A DNA stretch of 63,320 bases, filler included, from Octopus bimaculoides (lineage: Eukaryota): NCBI RefSeq assembly GCF_001194135.2. It is 8 parts of 8 records of this genome, joined end to end, with 100 filler letters (N's around TTAATTAATTAA, not from the genome) between each part and the next. Parts side by side here need not be neighbours in the genome. Positions count along the whole stretch, not along the records: positions 1 to 19,011 come from NC_068991.1; 7 more parts are not named here. One strand, written 5' to 3'. A program made the position numbers and the translations under genes. Under the pieces are notes generated by a model. That model was not told the DNA's origin. It ran no database searches and was given only the letters and a program-made list of their open reading frames with translations. This document shows positions 1 through 12,440 of the stretch, one piece after another; the stretch's first letter is position 1; the number at the start of each line of letters is the position of its first letter.

Positions 1-10
1 ATAATAGAAC

Positions 11-53
<43 letters not shown>

Positions 54-835
54 GAACAGACTATATATATAATAGAATAGAACAGAACAGAATATATATA
101 TATATATAATATATATATAATAGAACAGACTATATATATAATAGAATAGAACAGAACAGAATATATATATATATATAATATAATATAATAGAACAGAATA
201 GATATATATAATAAAACCAAATAGATATACATAGTATAATAGAAGAGAATTACAGAATAGAAAATGGAATGGCTGTCATTGATTGCACTGTAGATATATG
301 AAAAAACATTTAGATGCATAATAGGATATGATATTATTAAGAAATAAACAAACATGACTTTAATGGTATAAAAGAGTGTTTATTGTAAATAATTAACATG
401 ATTCTACTTTCAGAATGTAATTATTTCAGTTTCAGTATACAGGATCTGACAAGGCCAGCCTCATGCCAAACGAATGCAACTCTGAAGAACAATAAAATAG
501 GGCAGATGTACAGATCAGAAACCTGGCCAGTGAGTGAGCTTTTCACTCACCTTGGTAGAAATAGCAGCCATCAAATCAGAATCTACTGTTTCCAGAAAGG
601 AAGAACACATGGAATAATGTAGGCTCAGGAACAATCCCTTTACTTACTTGTTTCAGTCATTTGACTGCGGCCATGCTGGAGCACCGCCTTTAGTCGAGCA
701 AATCGACCCCAGGACTTATTCTTTGTAAGTCAAGTACTTATTTTATCGGACTCTTTTTGCCGAACTGCTAAGTTACGGGGACGTAAACAAACCAGCATCG
801 GTTGTCAAGCGATGGTGGGGGACAAACACAGACAC

Positions 836-876
<41 letters not shown>

Positions 877-1954
877 CATATATATACACATATATACAAT
901 GGGCGTCTTTCAGTTTCCGTCTACCAAATCCACTCACAAGGCTTTGGTCGGTCCGAGGCTATAGTAGAAGACACTTGCCCAAGGTGCCATGCAATGGGAC
1001 TGAACCTGGAACCAAACTTTCCTACCACATGGCCACACCTGTACCTATAGTGCATTTGTGTTTGCCACAAGCACCAAAATAGGTTCTGTCCAGTCAGCTG
1101 TGCCAAATAGCCAGTGTCCAGATAGCTGCATCCAATTGTCTTATTCTGTGGAAGAACCATAGTGGGGAAATGCCATTTTTTAATATTAGCAGATTACATA
1201 TAAAATACCTTTCTGCCATATGGAAAAAAGACATTATAAATGAAGTGGTATATACAGATTTTGTAAATGAATTGTAATTTTAAAAAGAAAAGTCTACGGG
1301 TAAACAAAAATAGGAATATTTAGTACAAAAGTGATATCTGCTTTCATTTCATTATTTATAGCAATGAATAAGTTCTTTTGATAGCTATCTCTATTGTGAA
1401 AATTTTAATAGTAATAAATGATAAAAATAATAACAGAAATTGATCAATTCTCATGTGCTGGCTTATTATACATTATACAATATTCTACAGATGACAATTT
1501 GACAAATGTTTCTACCAACAAATAATGCCTTGTATTTTTTTTTTTTATGTTGGTTTTATTTTTTTCTTCATGTCTGTTCTGCTGTAGCAGTGAATGCTAT
1601 ACGATGGAAATTCAAATTACATTTTATTGCAGACCCTGGTCACAGACATAGCAAAATAAACAAATGTTAGACTGCATTTGTTGGTTGCATGTCAGAAGAA
1701 ATTTGATCTTTGTGGTCCCAAAGGCATGATGCTTGAACAGAAAAAGTATTGGGTTACATGCTCAATAGGTTGTAAGTCTAACTCCACTGCTGGTGTCACA
1801 CTGTATTCCTGGGCAGTATACTTCATTCTATGTTGTCTCAGTTCACCAAAGCCTTTGTTGGTAGGAATGAGAACCGGACTGGTTTGGGAACCATCAGCTT
1901 CAGATCAGATTCACCAAACCATTTCAACCTGCAATTTTGCTACAGAAACCACAA

Positions 1955-1994
1955 ACAGCCTGTAATTACAACTCTAGTTGTAATTACAGGCTGT
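1955..1994. repeat. Perfect 19-bp inverted repeat with a 2-nt spacer
   Basis: ACAGCCTGTAATTACAACT-CT-AGTTGTAATTACAGGCTGT. Confidence 0.95.
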
Positions 1995-2119
1995 ATGATG
2001 ATGGCTGCTGGTTTGTACAACACTCTCTCTCTCAATTAAAAATATAATGAAGAAGCTTCCACCATAAAATTGATATCTTTAACTGTGAATGCTTCCCGCT
2101 ACTTATTGGCCCACCTACG

Positions 2120-2156
<37 letters not shown>

Positions 2157-2256
2157 NNNNNNNNNNNNNNNNNNNNNNNNNNNNNNNNNNNNNNNNNNNN
2201 NNNNNNNNNNNNNNNNNNNNNNNNNNNNNNNNNNNNNNNNNNNNNNNNNNNNNNNN

Positions 2257-2291
<35 letters not shown>

Positions 2292-3169
2292 CTCTTTTGA
2301 TAGCAACCCACCTGAAACTCTCTTTGATTCAACGAAACAAAACTATCATCATCTTTCAAGTGCTTATATTCTAAACAAAATTTTTAATGTAACAGTTTAC
2401 ATTTAAAGTCTGTTAAGTTGTATAACAAAAGCCACCTTAAACGCACATTGATATATCAAATTAATGCTCTGAATGTACCAAATAATGAATATATATTGGT
2501 ATATTTAATTGGTATTTGGAACACGACTCACACAAAAGCCAAATATACACATATGTTGGTATATTAAGTTGGTATTCGGAAGACAGAACATAACAAAACA
2601 ACAAATACCTGTTAGTATATTAAACTGGTGTTTTGGAATGTAACTATATAAAAGCTGAACGAATAATGGTACACTGAGATAGTGCTTGGAAAATTACTGC
2701 ACAAAACACCAATGCGTATGTTAGAATATTAGGTGGGTGTTGGAATATAATGAAGAACAAATATAATAGTACCCTAAACTAGTATTTAGAATATAACAAA
2801 AGCCAACAGTACAATTCTATACTATTGAGACGAGGAATTTATATTATATACACTGCTTACAGTAGTCAAACCTATGTCATCATCTTGATTGTTGCTTTAA
2901 TTATGGTTTAGCTATGTACACTCCAGCCTACTTCAGGTGTCTTGTGTTGAACTCAATTGTTGTATGGGAATTTTGAACCTAACTCTTTATTTGATCTACA
3001 ACGGTACACTGTTTTCATTCCACTCTCTGTGTTTCATGATAGTTATTTGCTTCAGTTAAATTAAAAGAATTACTTTAGTGCCTTACATGAGATAGAACTC
3101 AGTGCCTCTAGGTTACTGTACTGCATAAACCAATGTCTCTATCTACTATTCTGTGCCTTGATTTGAAAC

Positions 3170-4130
3170 GAGATGCAAGCAAGGATGTTGGAATGCAACA
3201 CCAGAGAATATGGATGGGAGCAAACAGTGGCGTACAAAGTTTCATGGCCTGAACTTTGAAGTGTGGAATCGAAACAAATAAATTCCTGATTCAGGCAGTT
3301 AATAACGTTCTACCAAGTACTTCCAAGTTGTTCTGAAATGAATGATGGAGTCACCAGATTGCTCCCTGTACTTGAGAAGAACCCTGGAATACACCTTCAA
3401 TAATTGTCCAAAACTTCTAAGCACAGGACACTATTATAACACCATGACCAGGTTCTGAAGGCCATAGCAGACACCACTTGCTGTGAGATTAGCCATTGCA
3501 TGTGCCTCTGCTCAACAAAGGAGGTGCTGCCAGTAACCAGGACCACTTCCCTGGGTCTGTTAGCATTGGTACAAAACTGAGAGCTAAAAATCACCTGAGG
3601 ATGCAGCTGAAGTGCCCAGAAATTGTTACCTGAACATTGCTTAGGCCAGACATGGTGCTGAACTTGGGAATATCCAAACAGGTGGATCTGTTGGAATGTT
3701 CCATTTTCTGGGAGGACTATACTGAGGATGCAGATGAGAGGAAGAAAACAAAATATGTTGGGGTCGAGGAGTTGTACTGGAAATATATGTGGAGAGTAAA
3801 GCATGATCCCATAGGGGTGGGATGCAGACTGTTTGCAGGTCATACCTCTGCAGAGCCTACAACATTTTGACCATCAAAGGATCCATTAGAAAGAAGGTCA
3901 TCAAGTTGATTGTGATGGCAGCAGAAGTTGCATTGAGGTGGCTGTGGATTACAAAGTGTGAGCCTTGGAAGAGACATTTCAACCTGGGGTAGTACAAACC
4001 GGACACAAATTGGGCCTTGACCAACACTGGTTAGGTCACTTAGGTGAGGGTGTCAAATTGCTGAAGGAACTAAAACATCTGATGACCCCCGCCCCAGGAA
4101 ACATTGCTAATGATGTGTCCAAGTACCAGC
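3170..4130 (+). mobile_element. Degenerate 3' fragment of a Hero-like RLE non-LTR retrotransposon, in a dynein intron
   Basis: Broken frames give KVSWPEL, KFLIQAV..VLPS, a CCHC-like TLEYTFNNCPK..HDQVLKAIA, the RLE core RPDMVL..QVDLLE..WE..ADERKKTKY, and PIGVGCR; a 3' UTR follows. Confidence 0.8.
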
Positions 4131-5639
4131 CAAGAGAGTGCTCCAGTATGGTTACAGTCTGGAACAAGTGAAAGTTCACAGAGTTACAAATATGTTATTA
4201 AAGCCTTTTAAACTCTTGATTACACTAAAAATTAATTGAAACACATAAGCAGTCCTAATTAAAAGAAAGGAAATGTTTTCTCTCTGTCTCTCTCAGCTGA
4301 AGAGATGGTCCTGAGATGTTAGACTCCTCTTCTTTCCATGCCATACAAATTTAACCCATAAATTGCTGGGATTTTGCTGTATGTAACACGAACTGCTGAG
4401 CCTATTTTGAGTAAAGATCAACATCGATCTATCACTCGAAAAAAATACTCAGTGTTTCTTAACTTCTGTAATTGGCTACACTGTTTCTGGGGTGAAAGGG
4501 TATCGTCTGCATACATTATATGTCATCAAAATTAGGTCAGATCATGCCCTACTTCCATGGCCTGTCGCACTGTTGCATTGGCCACTGAGGTGGCCTATCG
4601 CACTGTCGCGTTGACCACTGAGGTGGCCTATCGCAGTTTATGGGTTAATTCAAACTCACAAATCTCAATGTACAATACTTGCTGATGCTGACCACAAGCC
4701 ATCTTCTCAGATTTTGGTTTTACCCATGACAGATATAAAAGTTACAAAAGAGTTAACTGGTGACGGAAAACAACCAACTTAACAAAACATTTCTTCCCTG
4801 AAACTATGCTGAATTATAAAACTAGCTAAAATCTAATCTCATGGCTATCATTAATGTAAATAAGATTTCCAGCAGAGAATGCTGTCTAAATGTGAACACT
4901 TCAAAAATGGGTGGTGTCAAGTGTGCTAGTCACATTGGAACAGATGGTAGTGGTGGTGATAGGAGAACTGTTATTGATAGGGTAAAGTAGGTTTATTTGG
5001 GTCAGTGACACTGTACACACCCGGCCTGATTTTCAAAAACTGGGTCATCTTTGCTTAATGAATGATGAATGACCAGAATAAATGTACTTAATCCTTTCTT
5101 CACTGTATTTCTTATGAAATCATCATCATTTAATGTCTGTTTACCATGTTGGCATGGGTTGACCAGGAATTGGCCAGCTGGAGATCTTCAACAGGCTCCG
5201 ATTGCCTGTTTGGTCATGATTTCTATATCTGAATGCTTTTCGTAATGCCAACCACTCTACAGAGTGTACTGGGTGCTTCTTATGTGGCACTGGTGTGGGT
5301 ACTTTTTTATGGGGCACCATAATATATAGATGTGAGATATATCTTCCTCTGGATAGAATGCCAGCCTGTCTCAAATCACATTCTCAGATGATATGGTAAA
5401 CTATTTCTGAGTCGAGAAAATGTGGAATAAAATGTATTTGCCTTCAAGAAAGAAAAAAATTTCTTGATTTGGATTGAATTTCATGGCCTATGGAGTTAAA
5501 TATTAGATATCATAAATGCTGAGACATTTTTTGTTGAGTAAAGGATGTTAATGTTATTAGAAGTGAATACAGTGTGGAAGCTTGTTTGAAGAAAGATTTT
5601 GTTGTGGCATAGGGTTTCTTTCATTGGTCCAAGTGAAGG

Positions 5640-6350
5640 AGATAGATAGAAAGAGAGAGATAAATAGATAGATAGATAGATAGACACAGAGAGAGAGAGA
5701 TAAAGAGAGAAGAGAGAGGGTGAAAGATAGAGTGGGTGTGAGAGAGACAAGGAAAGAGTGGTAAGGTGGAGAAGTGAGAGAGAAATGAAGAAGAACAGGG
5801 AGTAGGAGGATAAAAGAAATATAGAGAGTAAAAGAAAAAGAAGGTGAGAGAATTGGAGAGGAAGAACAATTTAGAAAGAGAGAGGAACAAGGAGAAAGTG
5901 TGAGAGAGACAAGGAAAGAGTGGTAAGATGGAGAAGTGAGAAAGAGAGAGGAGGAAGGACGGGGAGTAGGAGGATAAAAGAAATATAGAGAGTAAAGGAA
6001 AAAGAAAGTGAGAGAATTGGAGAGGAAGAACAATTNNNNNNNNNNGGTGAGAGAATTGGAGAGGAAGAACAATTTAGAAAGAGAGAGGAACAAGGAGAAA
6101 GTGTGAGAGAGACAAGGAAAGAGTGGTAAGATGGAGAAGTGAGAAAGAGAGAGGAGGAAGGACGGGGAGTAGGAGGAGAAAAGAAATATAGAGAGGATAG
6201 GCAAAAGAAAATGAGAGAACTAGAGATGAAGACCGATAGAGAAAGAGAGAGAGAGAGAGGGGGAGAGAGAGAGAGAGAGAGAGATTCTGTTATGATGAAA
6301 AGTGAAGGATTGGCTTGTCTGAGAAAAGAAGAAAATACTTGGTGAAAGAG
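5640..6350 (+). repeat. Polypurine tract with an approximately 160-bp unit repeated 2-3 times
   Basis: GAGAGACAAGGAAAGAGTGGTAAG recurs at about 5743, 5904 and 6106; the last copy follows a 10-N gap. Confidence 0.8.
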
Positions 6351-6467
6351 AAGCGTATAAGAATGGATATGCCAATGAAGAGATTTCGGTTTGGTTTGTT
6401 GCCAAAGTTAGCAAATAATTCCAGATTACGTAAATGATGCTGTGAGAAATCAAAGAGCAAAAATTAC

Positions 6468-6672
6468 TTGTAAAAACTTGAGACGTTCTAAGAAATCTTG
6501 CATGTAGCTGCCGAGTGGCTTCAAGGACGGATATGACCGTTTTGCCCATAGAGCTGGCACCTTGCCCAGTAGTAAGCTGTTGGCCAAAGCTTCCAAGTCT
6601 GCTGACATCACAACCAAACCTTTGATGGCTTTCTGTAGACTGAGAAGACTTGAGCGGATAATTTGCATAAGC
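6468..6672 (-). CDS. DNAH12: Dynein heavy chain C-terminal domain exon, 205 nt, phase 2-0
   Basis: ttacag|GCTT...TTACAA|gtaatt. Encodes (K)[79 protein letters not shown] is typical of the DNAH3/7/12 group. Confidence 0.93.
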
Positions 6673-8175
6673 CTGTAATTGTAAGGAAATGATAATGAAA
6701 TTAATGAAACACACTCAACAACAATAGCAACAAAGTAACAAACAAGACGGATTCATGAGTGGATTTGTAAAAAATTACTGGATTTAGGGATTAGATACAA
6801 CAAAATAAAGAAAAATGGATTTAAAGAAAAACAAAGCATGGAGTAAAATAATTTACAAATGGAAAATGGACAAGAAAACTCATGTGACTTTTCACTTTAA
6901 AAGTATTTATCATTGTTTTTTGTCAGTTTTTTTCCATGCTGGCATGGTTCTATAAAGTATGTGCAATTCTTTGTTAACTCATCTATGCTACACTATGTAT
7001 TTTCTTTTAATACATTTTAATTAATGTGTTATACAGTGCAGTACTGTTCTGCGTTTTTATTTATTAATTTATAGGTGTGAAAATGCTTATTTTACCACAG
7101 AAATAATAAAAATCTAAAAGACTATAAATACCCATTGGCTGCAGAAACTCCTGATATACTGAGGAGTCTGTGATATAAATTTACATATATTAACCAGAAA
7201 AATCCACGATGTACTGAGTGTGTGATACCTGAACCACGATAAGGCGAGTGATTACTGTATATTTTTTTTTTTATCAGAATGTGGTTTGGGAGATTTTTAT
7301 TATGGAACATTTCAACTACAGTCTCTACTCAGAAAACACAGATCTATTCATTGTGACATCTTACATCTATATCCTTTTCCTTCTACTGTTTCCTACCAAC
7401 AGTTTCTCTTTTACTGGCTTTGTCTGTTGCCTCTTTTGCTATTAGTCTGTCTATATCTTTACAGACAGACTGTCACTTTTACCCTCAGTCTTCTTTTTTT
7501 CTTTTTCACTGTTACTAAGCCACTTATGAGAGGTGGGAGGGGAGGAGGTAAGTTGATTACATCAACCCCAGTGTGCGGCTGGTACTTGTTTCATCAATTC
7601 CAAAAGGATGAAAGGCAAAGCGATCCTCAGTGGAAAGGAAACTCAGAACATAAAGGGCTAGAAGAAATTCCACTGCACATTAGTGATTCTCTCCACCTTG
7701 TTGTCTTAAATAAAGAAGTGAAATTTAATCAGAGCATGTGTTTATTGAACTCACTACCACATGATTGTAATCTGATGCTCTAACCAATGAGCCATGTGCT
7801 TTCATACATAAATACATACATACACACACATGTATGTATGTATGCTATTATTCAGCTTATTTCAAAATTTCTTGCCAATAGAGAAAGAACCGGTTTCTAA
7901 CCTAGATCCAAGGCTCCTTTTTTGGAATTTCAGCATCAACAACAGGGTATTTTTGTATGTATGTATGTATGTATGTGCAGATTAGCATGTTTTATGTATG
8001 TATTCTCATGCATATAGCTGTATGTATGTATGCATGCATGTATGTTTGTATGTATGTATGCAAAGCAATATATAATTTAGTAATAGAAATGTATGCTTAA
8101 TCTGGAATTAAATTTTTTTGTAGAGTGTGTATTTATATATATTTATATATATATATATATACACACACACATGCA

Positions 8176-8218
<43 letters not shown>

Positions 8219-8373
8219 TCTATATAAAATCTAATCTAACATTTTCCAAAAGAAGTAGGAGTGAAATGATAGTGAAGGCAGCAGAGACAGAGATGTTATC
8301 TTTTAGTCACTCTCTGTTGTTGATTATTAATATTTGAGTAAATATAACAATGGTTTCACGTGCTCAAACATAC

Positions 8374-8477
8374 TTATTGAATCTTTCCATCTCTTGTACA
8401 AGAACGGTATTCATACTTTCTTGGTAGACAACAGGATATTTCTTTATACCTTCTTCGATGTTGTAGTTTTGGGGCAA
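8374..8477 (-). CDS. DNAH12: Dynein heavy chain exon, 104 nt, phase 0-2
   Basis: atttcag|TTG...TTCAATAA|gtatgt. Encodes [34 protein letters not shown]. Missed by the ORF track; joins both neighbouring exons in frame. Confidence 0.92.
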
Positions 8478-9161
8478 CTGAAATTATCAATGAAATCTGT
8501 TAATGTAATATTTAAAAGTACCAAGCAGAAACCAATAGAAAAATCTCCGAAAATTAATAAAAAAATATAATAAATAAAAGATATACAGTAAATCTGTCTG
8601 CAAAATAAAATTATTAAAACCAAATATCTTTTACATCTCTGTATTTGGCAAGATTCTTGATATGTTCAAACTATTTTATTGTATCTTGGGAAGGTCATCA
8701 TACCAATAAATACATGCACTGATTAAATTTCACTTCTTTATTTAACCCTTTAGTATTCAGATTACTCTGCTAAATGTAATGCTTGTTTATTCATATTGTT
8801 TTGTAATAATCATGCATTCTCTCATAGCTTTGAGTTTTCAATGAGGTGATTGTTTCAGAATCTCAATCAAATTGAAATCAAAATGGAAATTGTAGTTGTG
8901 GCCAATGCACAACATATATCACCACAACAGAATTGAGATCCTAAAACCAAGGTGCCTTGTAAAAAGTGTTCCTAGTGGTGGGGTGGTGGTGCCATATAAA
9001 AATGGTGTCACTCTGTGGAGTGGTTGGCATTAGGAAGAGCATCCAGCTATAGAAACCAAACCAAAATGGACCATAGAAACTGGTGTCTCCCTTTGCCCTT
9101 ACCAGTTCCTGTCAATTTATCTAACCAATGCCAGCATGGAAAATGGACATTAAATGATGAT

Positions 9162-9195
<34 letters not shown>

Positions 9196-9442
9196 GTACA
9201 CGCACATATATGTTATTAATGTCTTGACATTGCTGACCACACCGTAAAGGTCAATAGGCACAAACATTAAACACTATAGCTATGAATGGACATACATAAA
9301 TGCATTTTGGTGTTTAGTAGGATTGCTGACCATAACCCCAGAAAGAAAGACCAGACAAACAACAAAGAAATCAAGAATTAGTTTCCAAAAACTAAAGTAC
9401 AAAGGCAAGTTGTAACATTGAATATCTCCAATGACCACTTCG

Positions 9443-9503
<61 letters not shown>

Positions 9504-9694
9504 ACAAACACACACCTACTTCCACTCAAATGCATACACTCCCCTTACTCTCTTTCTCACATACACACTTAGAGACACTCTCTTTTTCAGTCACACACAT
9601 ACACACACACACACCAGTCTCTCTCTCTCTCCCACATACATTTACACACTTTCATTGTCTCATCCACATACATACCCTTTCACTCACAAATTCT

Positions 9695-9745
<51 letters not shown>

Positions 9746-11659
9746 CTCACTCTCCCCACCCCCATGTTCTCTCTATATCCCAGTGGTAAGCAAACAGACT
9801 TATCCCCTCCACCCCACACCCAATTTTCCTCCTCCTCTTTATCAAAGTTAAGCTGTCCAGTCGTTCTGACAAATTCTGTCCAAACTGGAAGCTTTTAATC
9901 TGATTATTTCAAAAACTTACTATGGCGTTCAAAGAGAAGCATTAGTTATTTTCGGTAAAAGTAAATAACGGAATTGGACAAACAACCTTCTCATTAGAAT
10001 TTGTTTCTGGTCAGTTTCTTCAGGTCAGACTTACTCTTAGAGATGGAAATGATTCTGGTTTGCCTTGTATTAAAGGAGGGTGAGACAGGTCAACCCTAGC
10101 AGAATGGATCCAAAATCAGTTTTTGGCGATGAATATTTCAGATTGTTTGATTAGTTGCCCAGCTGCATGATCTTTGAATTATAGCTTAGGTGGTCAAGTA
10201 TCTCAAGACAATTGTCTACCTCTTTATATGTGTATATGTGTGTAGCTATAAACATGATGAGATTAAAATACTGGACATGAAATTGACAACTGATAAATCC
10301 CTTAGCCCCTTGGCGGTCGCTGGGGTGCTGCAGCCATGCAGTGTATCTAGGGCAAGAAAGCCTGGCATAGCCCATCCCTCCCCAGGCTAAACTCATTTCT
10401 ACAGCTGAGTGAACTGGAGCAACATGGAGTGAAGTATTTTTGCTCAAGAACACAACACATCGCCCAATCCAGGAATTGAAATCACAATCTCATGGTCATG
10501 AATCCAACACCCTATATCAAGCCACACACCTCCACTAGACATAAAATGGTGGTTTCAAATTTTGGCACAAGGCTAGCACGAAACAGAATAATATAAAAAT
10601 ACCATTAACACATGCAACAGTGATTCTTAACCTCAGGTGCAGTCCCTCCTTGAAGGGGGTTGGCATTGTGAACCCACAAATCGTTTCGTTCATCATTTAA
10701 TGTCTGTCTTCCATGCTAGCATGAGTGGGACAGTTTCACAAGAGCTGACCTGGCAGAAGCCTGCACCAAACTTCTGTGACTGTTTTGGCAGGATTTTTAC
10801 AGCTGGATGCCCTTCCTAACACCAACCACTCAGCAGAGTGGACTTAGTGCTTTTTACGTGGTACAAGCACAGACGAGGTCAGTCTTGGCAAGGTTTTTAC
10901 AGCTGGATACCCTCCTGAACACCAACCACTTTACAGTGTGGGCTGTGTGCTTTTTAGTGCACCAAATATCAAATGCTCAACACAGCCTTGTGGCTTGCCA
11001 GATCCAGTCAAACCATCCAACCCATGCCAACATGGAAAACAGTCATTAAATGATGATGATGATGACATCTATACACATCACATGCATAAATGTCAGAACA
11101 CCTAAGGTTTTTGTTCATCCTTTTATAAAAATTTTCACCATGTAAAGTATATGTTGAACACATTGTAACAGATGTAAAGCTTCATAAAAAGCTAAAGCCA
11201 TACATTTGCATGGTGTTTTTATCTACTATTCTCATCTACACACTCCAATGCATGCCTTTTGCGCTGTTATCTTGCAATTATGATTTTTGCTATCTGTTTC
11301 CACATAAATGCTTTTGTTCCCTAAGGATCCACATTCTTTGCTGTACTCTCTTTCCTAGTTTAGAAAACATTTCAAAATACATGCATGCATTCATTTAAAA
11401 CCAGGCATACATTCTTCTACCGTTGCCTTCTGTAGTCATTTCCAGCTCATTGTCAGTCTCAGCCCTCAGTATGTTGATTCATTTTTGTGTATTAACATAT
11501 TGGTGGTGTACACAAGCTTCTTTCCTTCCACTACTAACTTAAGCATGGTCTACTATCACCTCAATCACGCTCTACTGCTACCTTAACCATAACAGTCAGT
11601 CTGTTCCTTAAGTTAAGACATTATTGAAGGAGTAAAGTAAGAGAAAATAAACAACAAAC

Positions 11660-11845
11660 CTTGGCCAAGATATCTGTAGCAATGTCACTGAGAGTGTCGA
11701 CTGAACTTCCTGAGCCTCCACCCTCTTTTCGTCCAATGGTAAGCAGGAAGGATTCGAACAACTGGTGGGTTTCATGCAGCTCTCGAGTGATGTCAACATT
11801 TTCATGCATTCCAAAGACTTCTGGCAGCTGACTTAGCGGCATCTC
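11660..11845 (-). CDS. DNAH12: Axonemal dynein heavy chain (DNAH12-like) internal exon, 186 nt, phase 0-0
   Basis: ttccag|GAG...GCCAAG|gtttgt. Encodes EMPLSQLPEVFGMHENVDITRELHETHQLFESFLLTIGRKEGGGSGSSVDTLSDIATDILAK, the PEVFGxHxNxDI motif after AAA6. ENVDI (rather than NADI) fits DNAH12 as I recall it; the subfamily call needs a BLAST check. Confidence 0.9.
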
Positions 11846-12039
11846 CTGGAAGATAAAATAGGATAAAACATAACAACAACAACTACAAAAACAACAACAG
11901 CAGCTACTAGCTGAAAGTTATAAGGTGTTAATGAATATATTGTCATAAATTATGGTGAATTCAGAAGTATCTATTAAAACTGTGGAGAAAATAGAATGAG
12001 TGTAAACCTTCCTTTTAGAGTATTGGTTCATTCCAACAG

Positions 12040-12440
12040 GTACTGGTTATTGTTGTTGGCACTCCATCGCTTACGACGTCGAGGGTTCCAGTTGATTCGA
12101 TTAACGGAACAGCCTGCTCGTGAAATTAATGTGCAAGTGGCTGAGCACTCCACAGACATGTGTACCCTTAATGCAGCTCTCGGGGATATTCAGCGTGACA
12201 CAGTGTGACAAGGCTGACCCTTTGAATTACAGGTACAACAGAAACAGGAAGTAAGAGTGAGAGTGAGAGAAAGTTGTGGTGGAAGAGTACAGCAGGGTTC
12301 GCCACCATCCCCTGCCGGAGCCTTGTGGAGCTTTAGGTGTTTTTGCTCAATAAACACTCACAACGCCCGGTCTGGGAATCGAAACCGTGATGCTATGATC
12401 ATGAGTCCGCTGCCCTAACCACTGGGCCATTGCACCTCCA
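12040..12440 (-). mobile_element. tRNA-derived SINE, third type (related heads at 10270-10535 and 55310-55450)
   Basis: Reverse strand starts GTGGAGGTGCAATGGCCCAGTGGTTAGGGCAGCGGACTC...GGTTTCGATTCCCAGACC (A and B boxes) followed by a non-tRNA body. Confidence 0.8.

Noticed and set aside
430-590. Short exon-like segments on both strands (YTGSDKASLMPNECNSEEQ* on plus; a 35-nt AG..AAG|GTGAGT segment on minus)
   Set aside because: Neither matches the expected next dynein exon, and both are too short to distinguish from chance.
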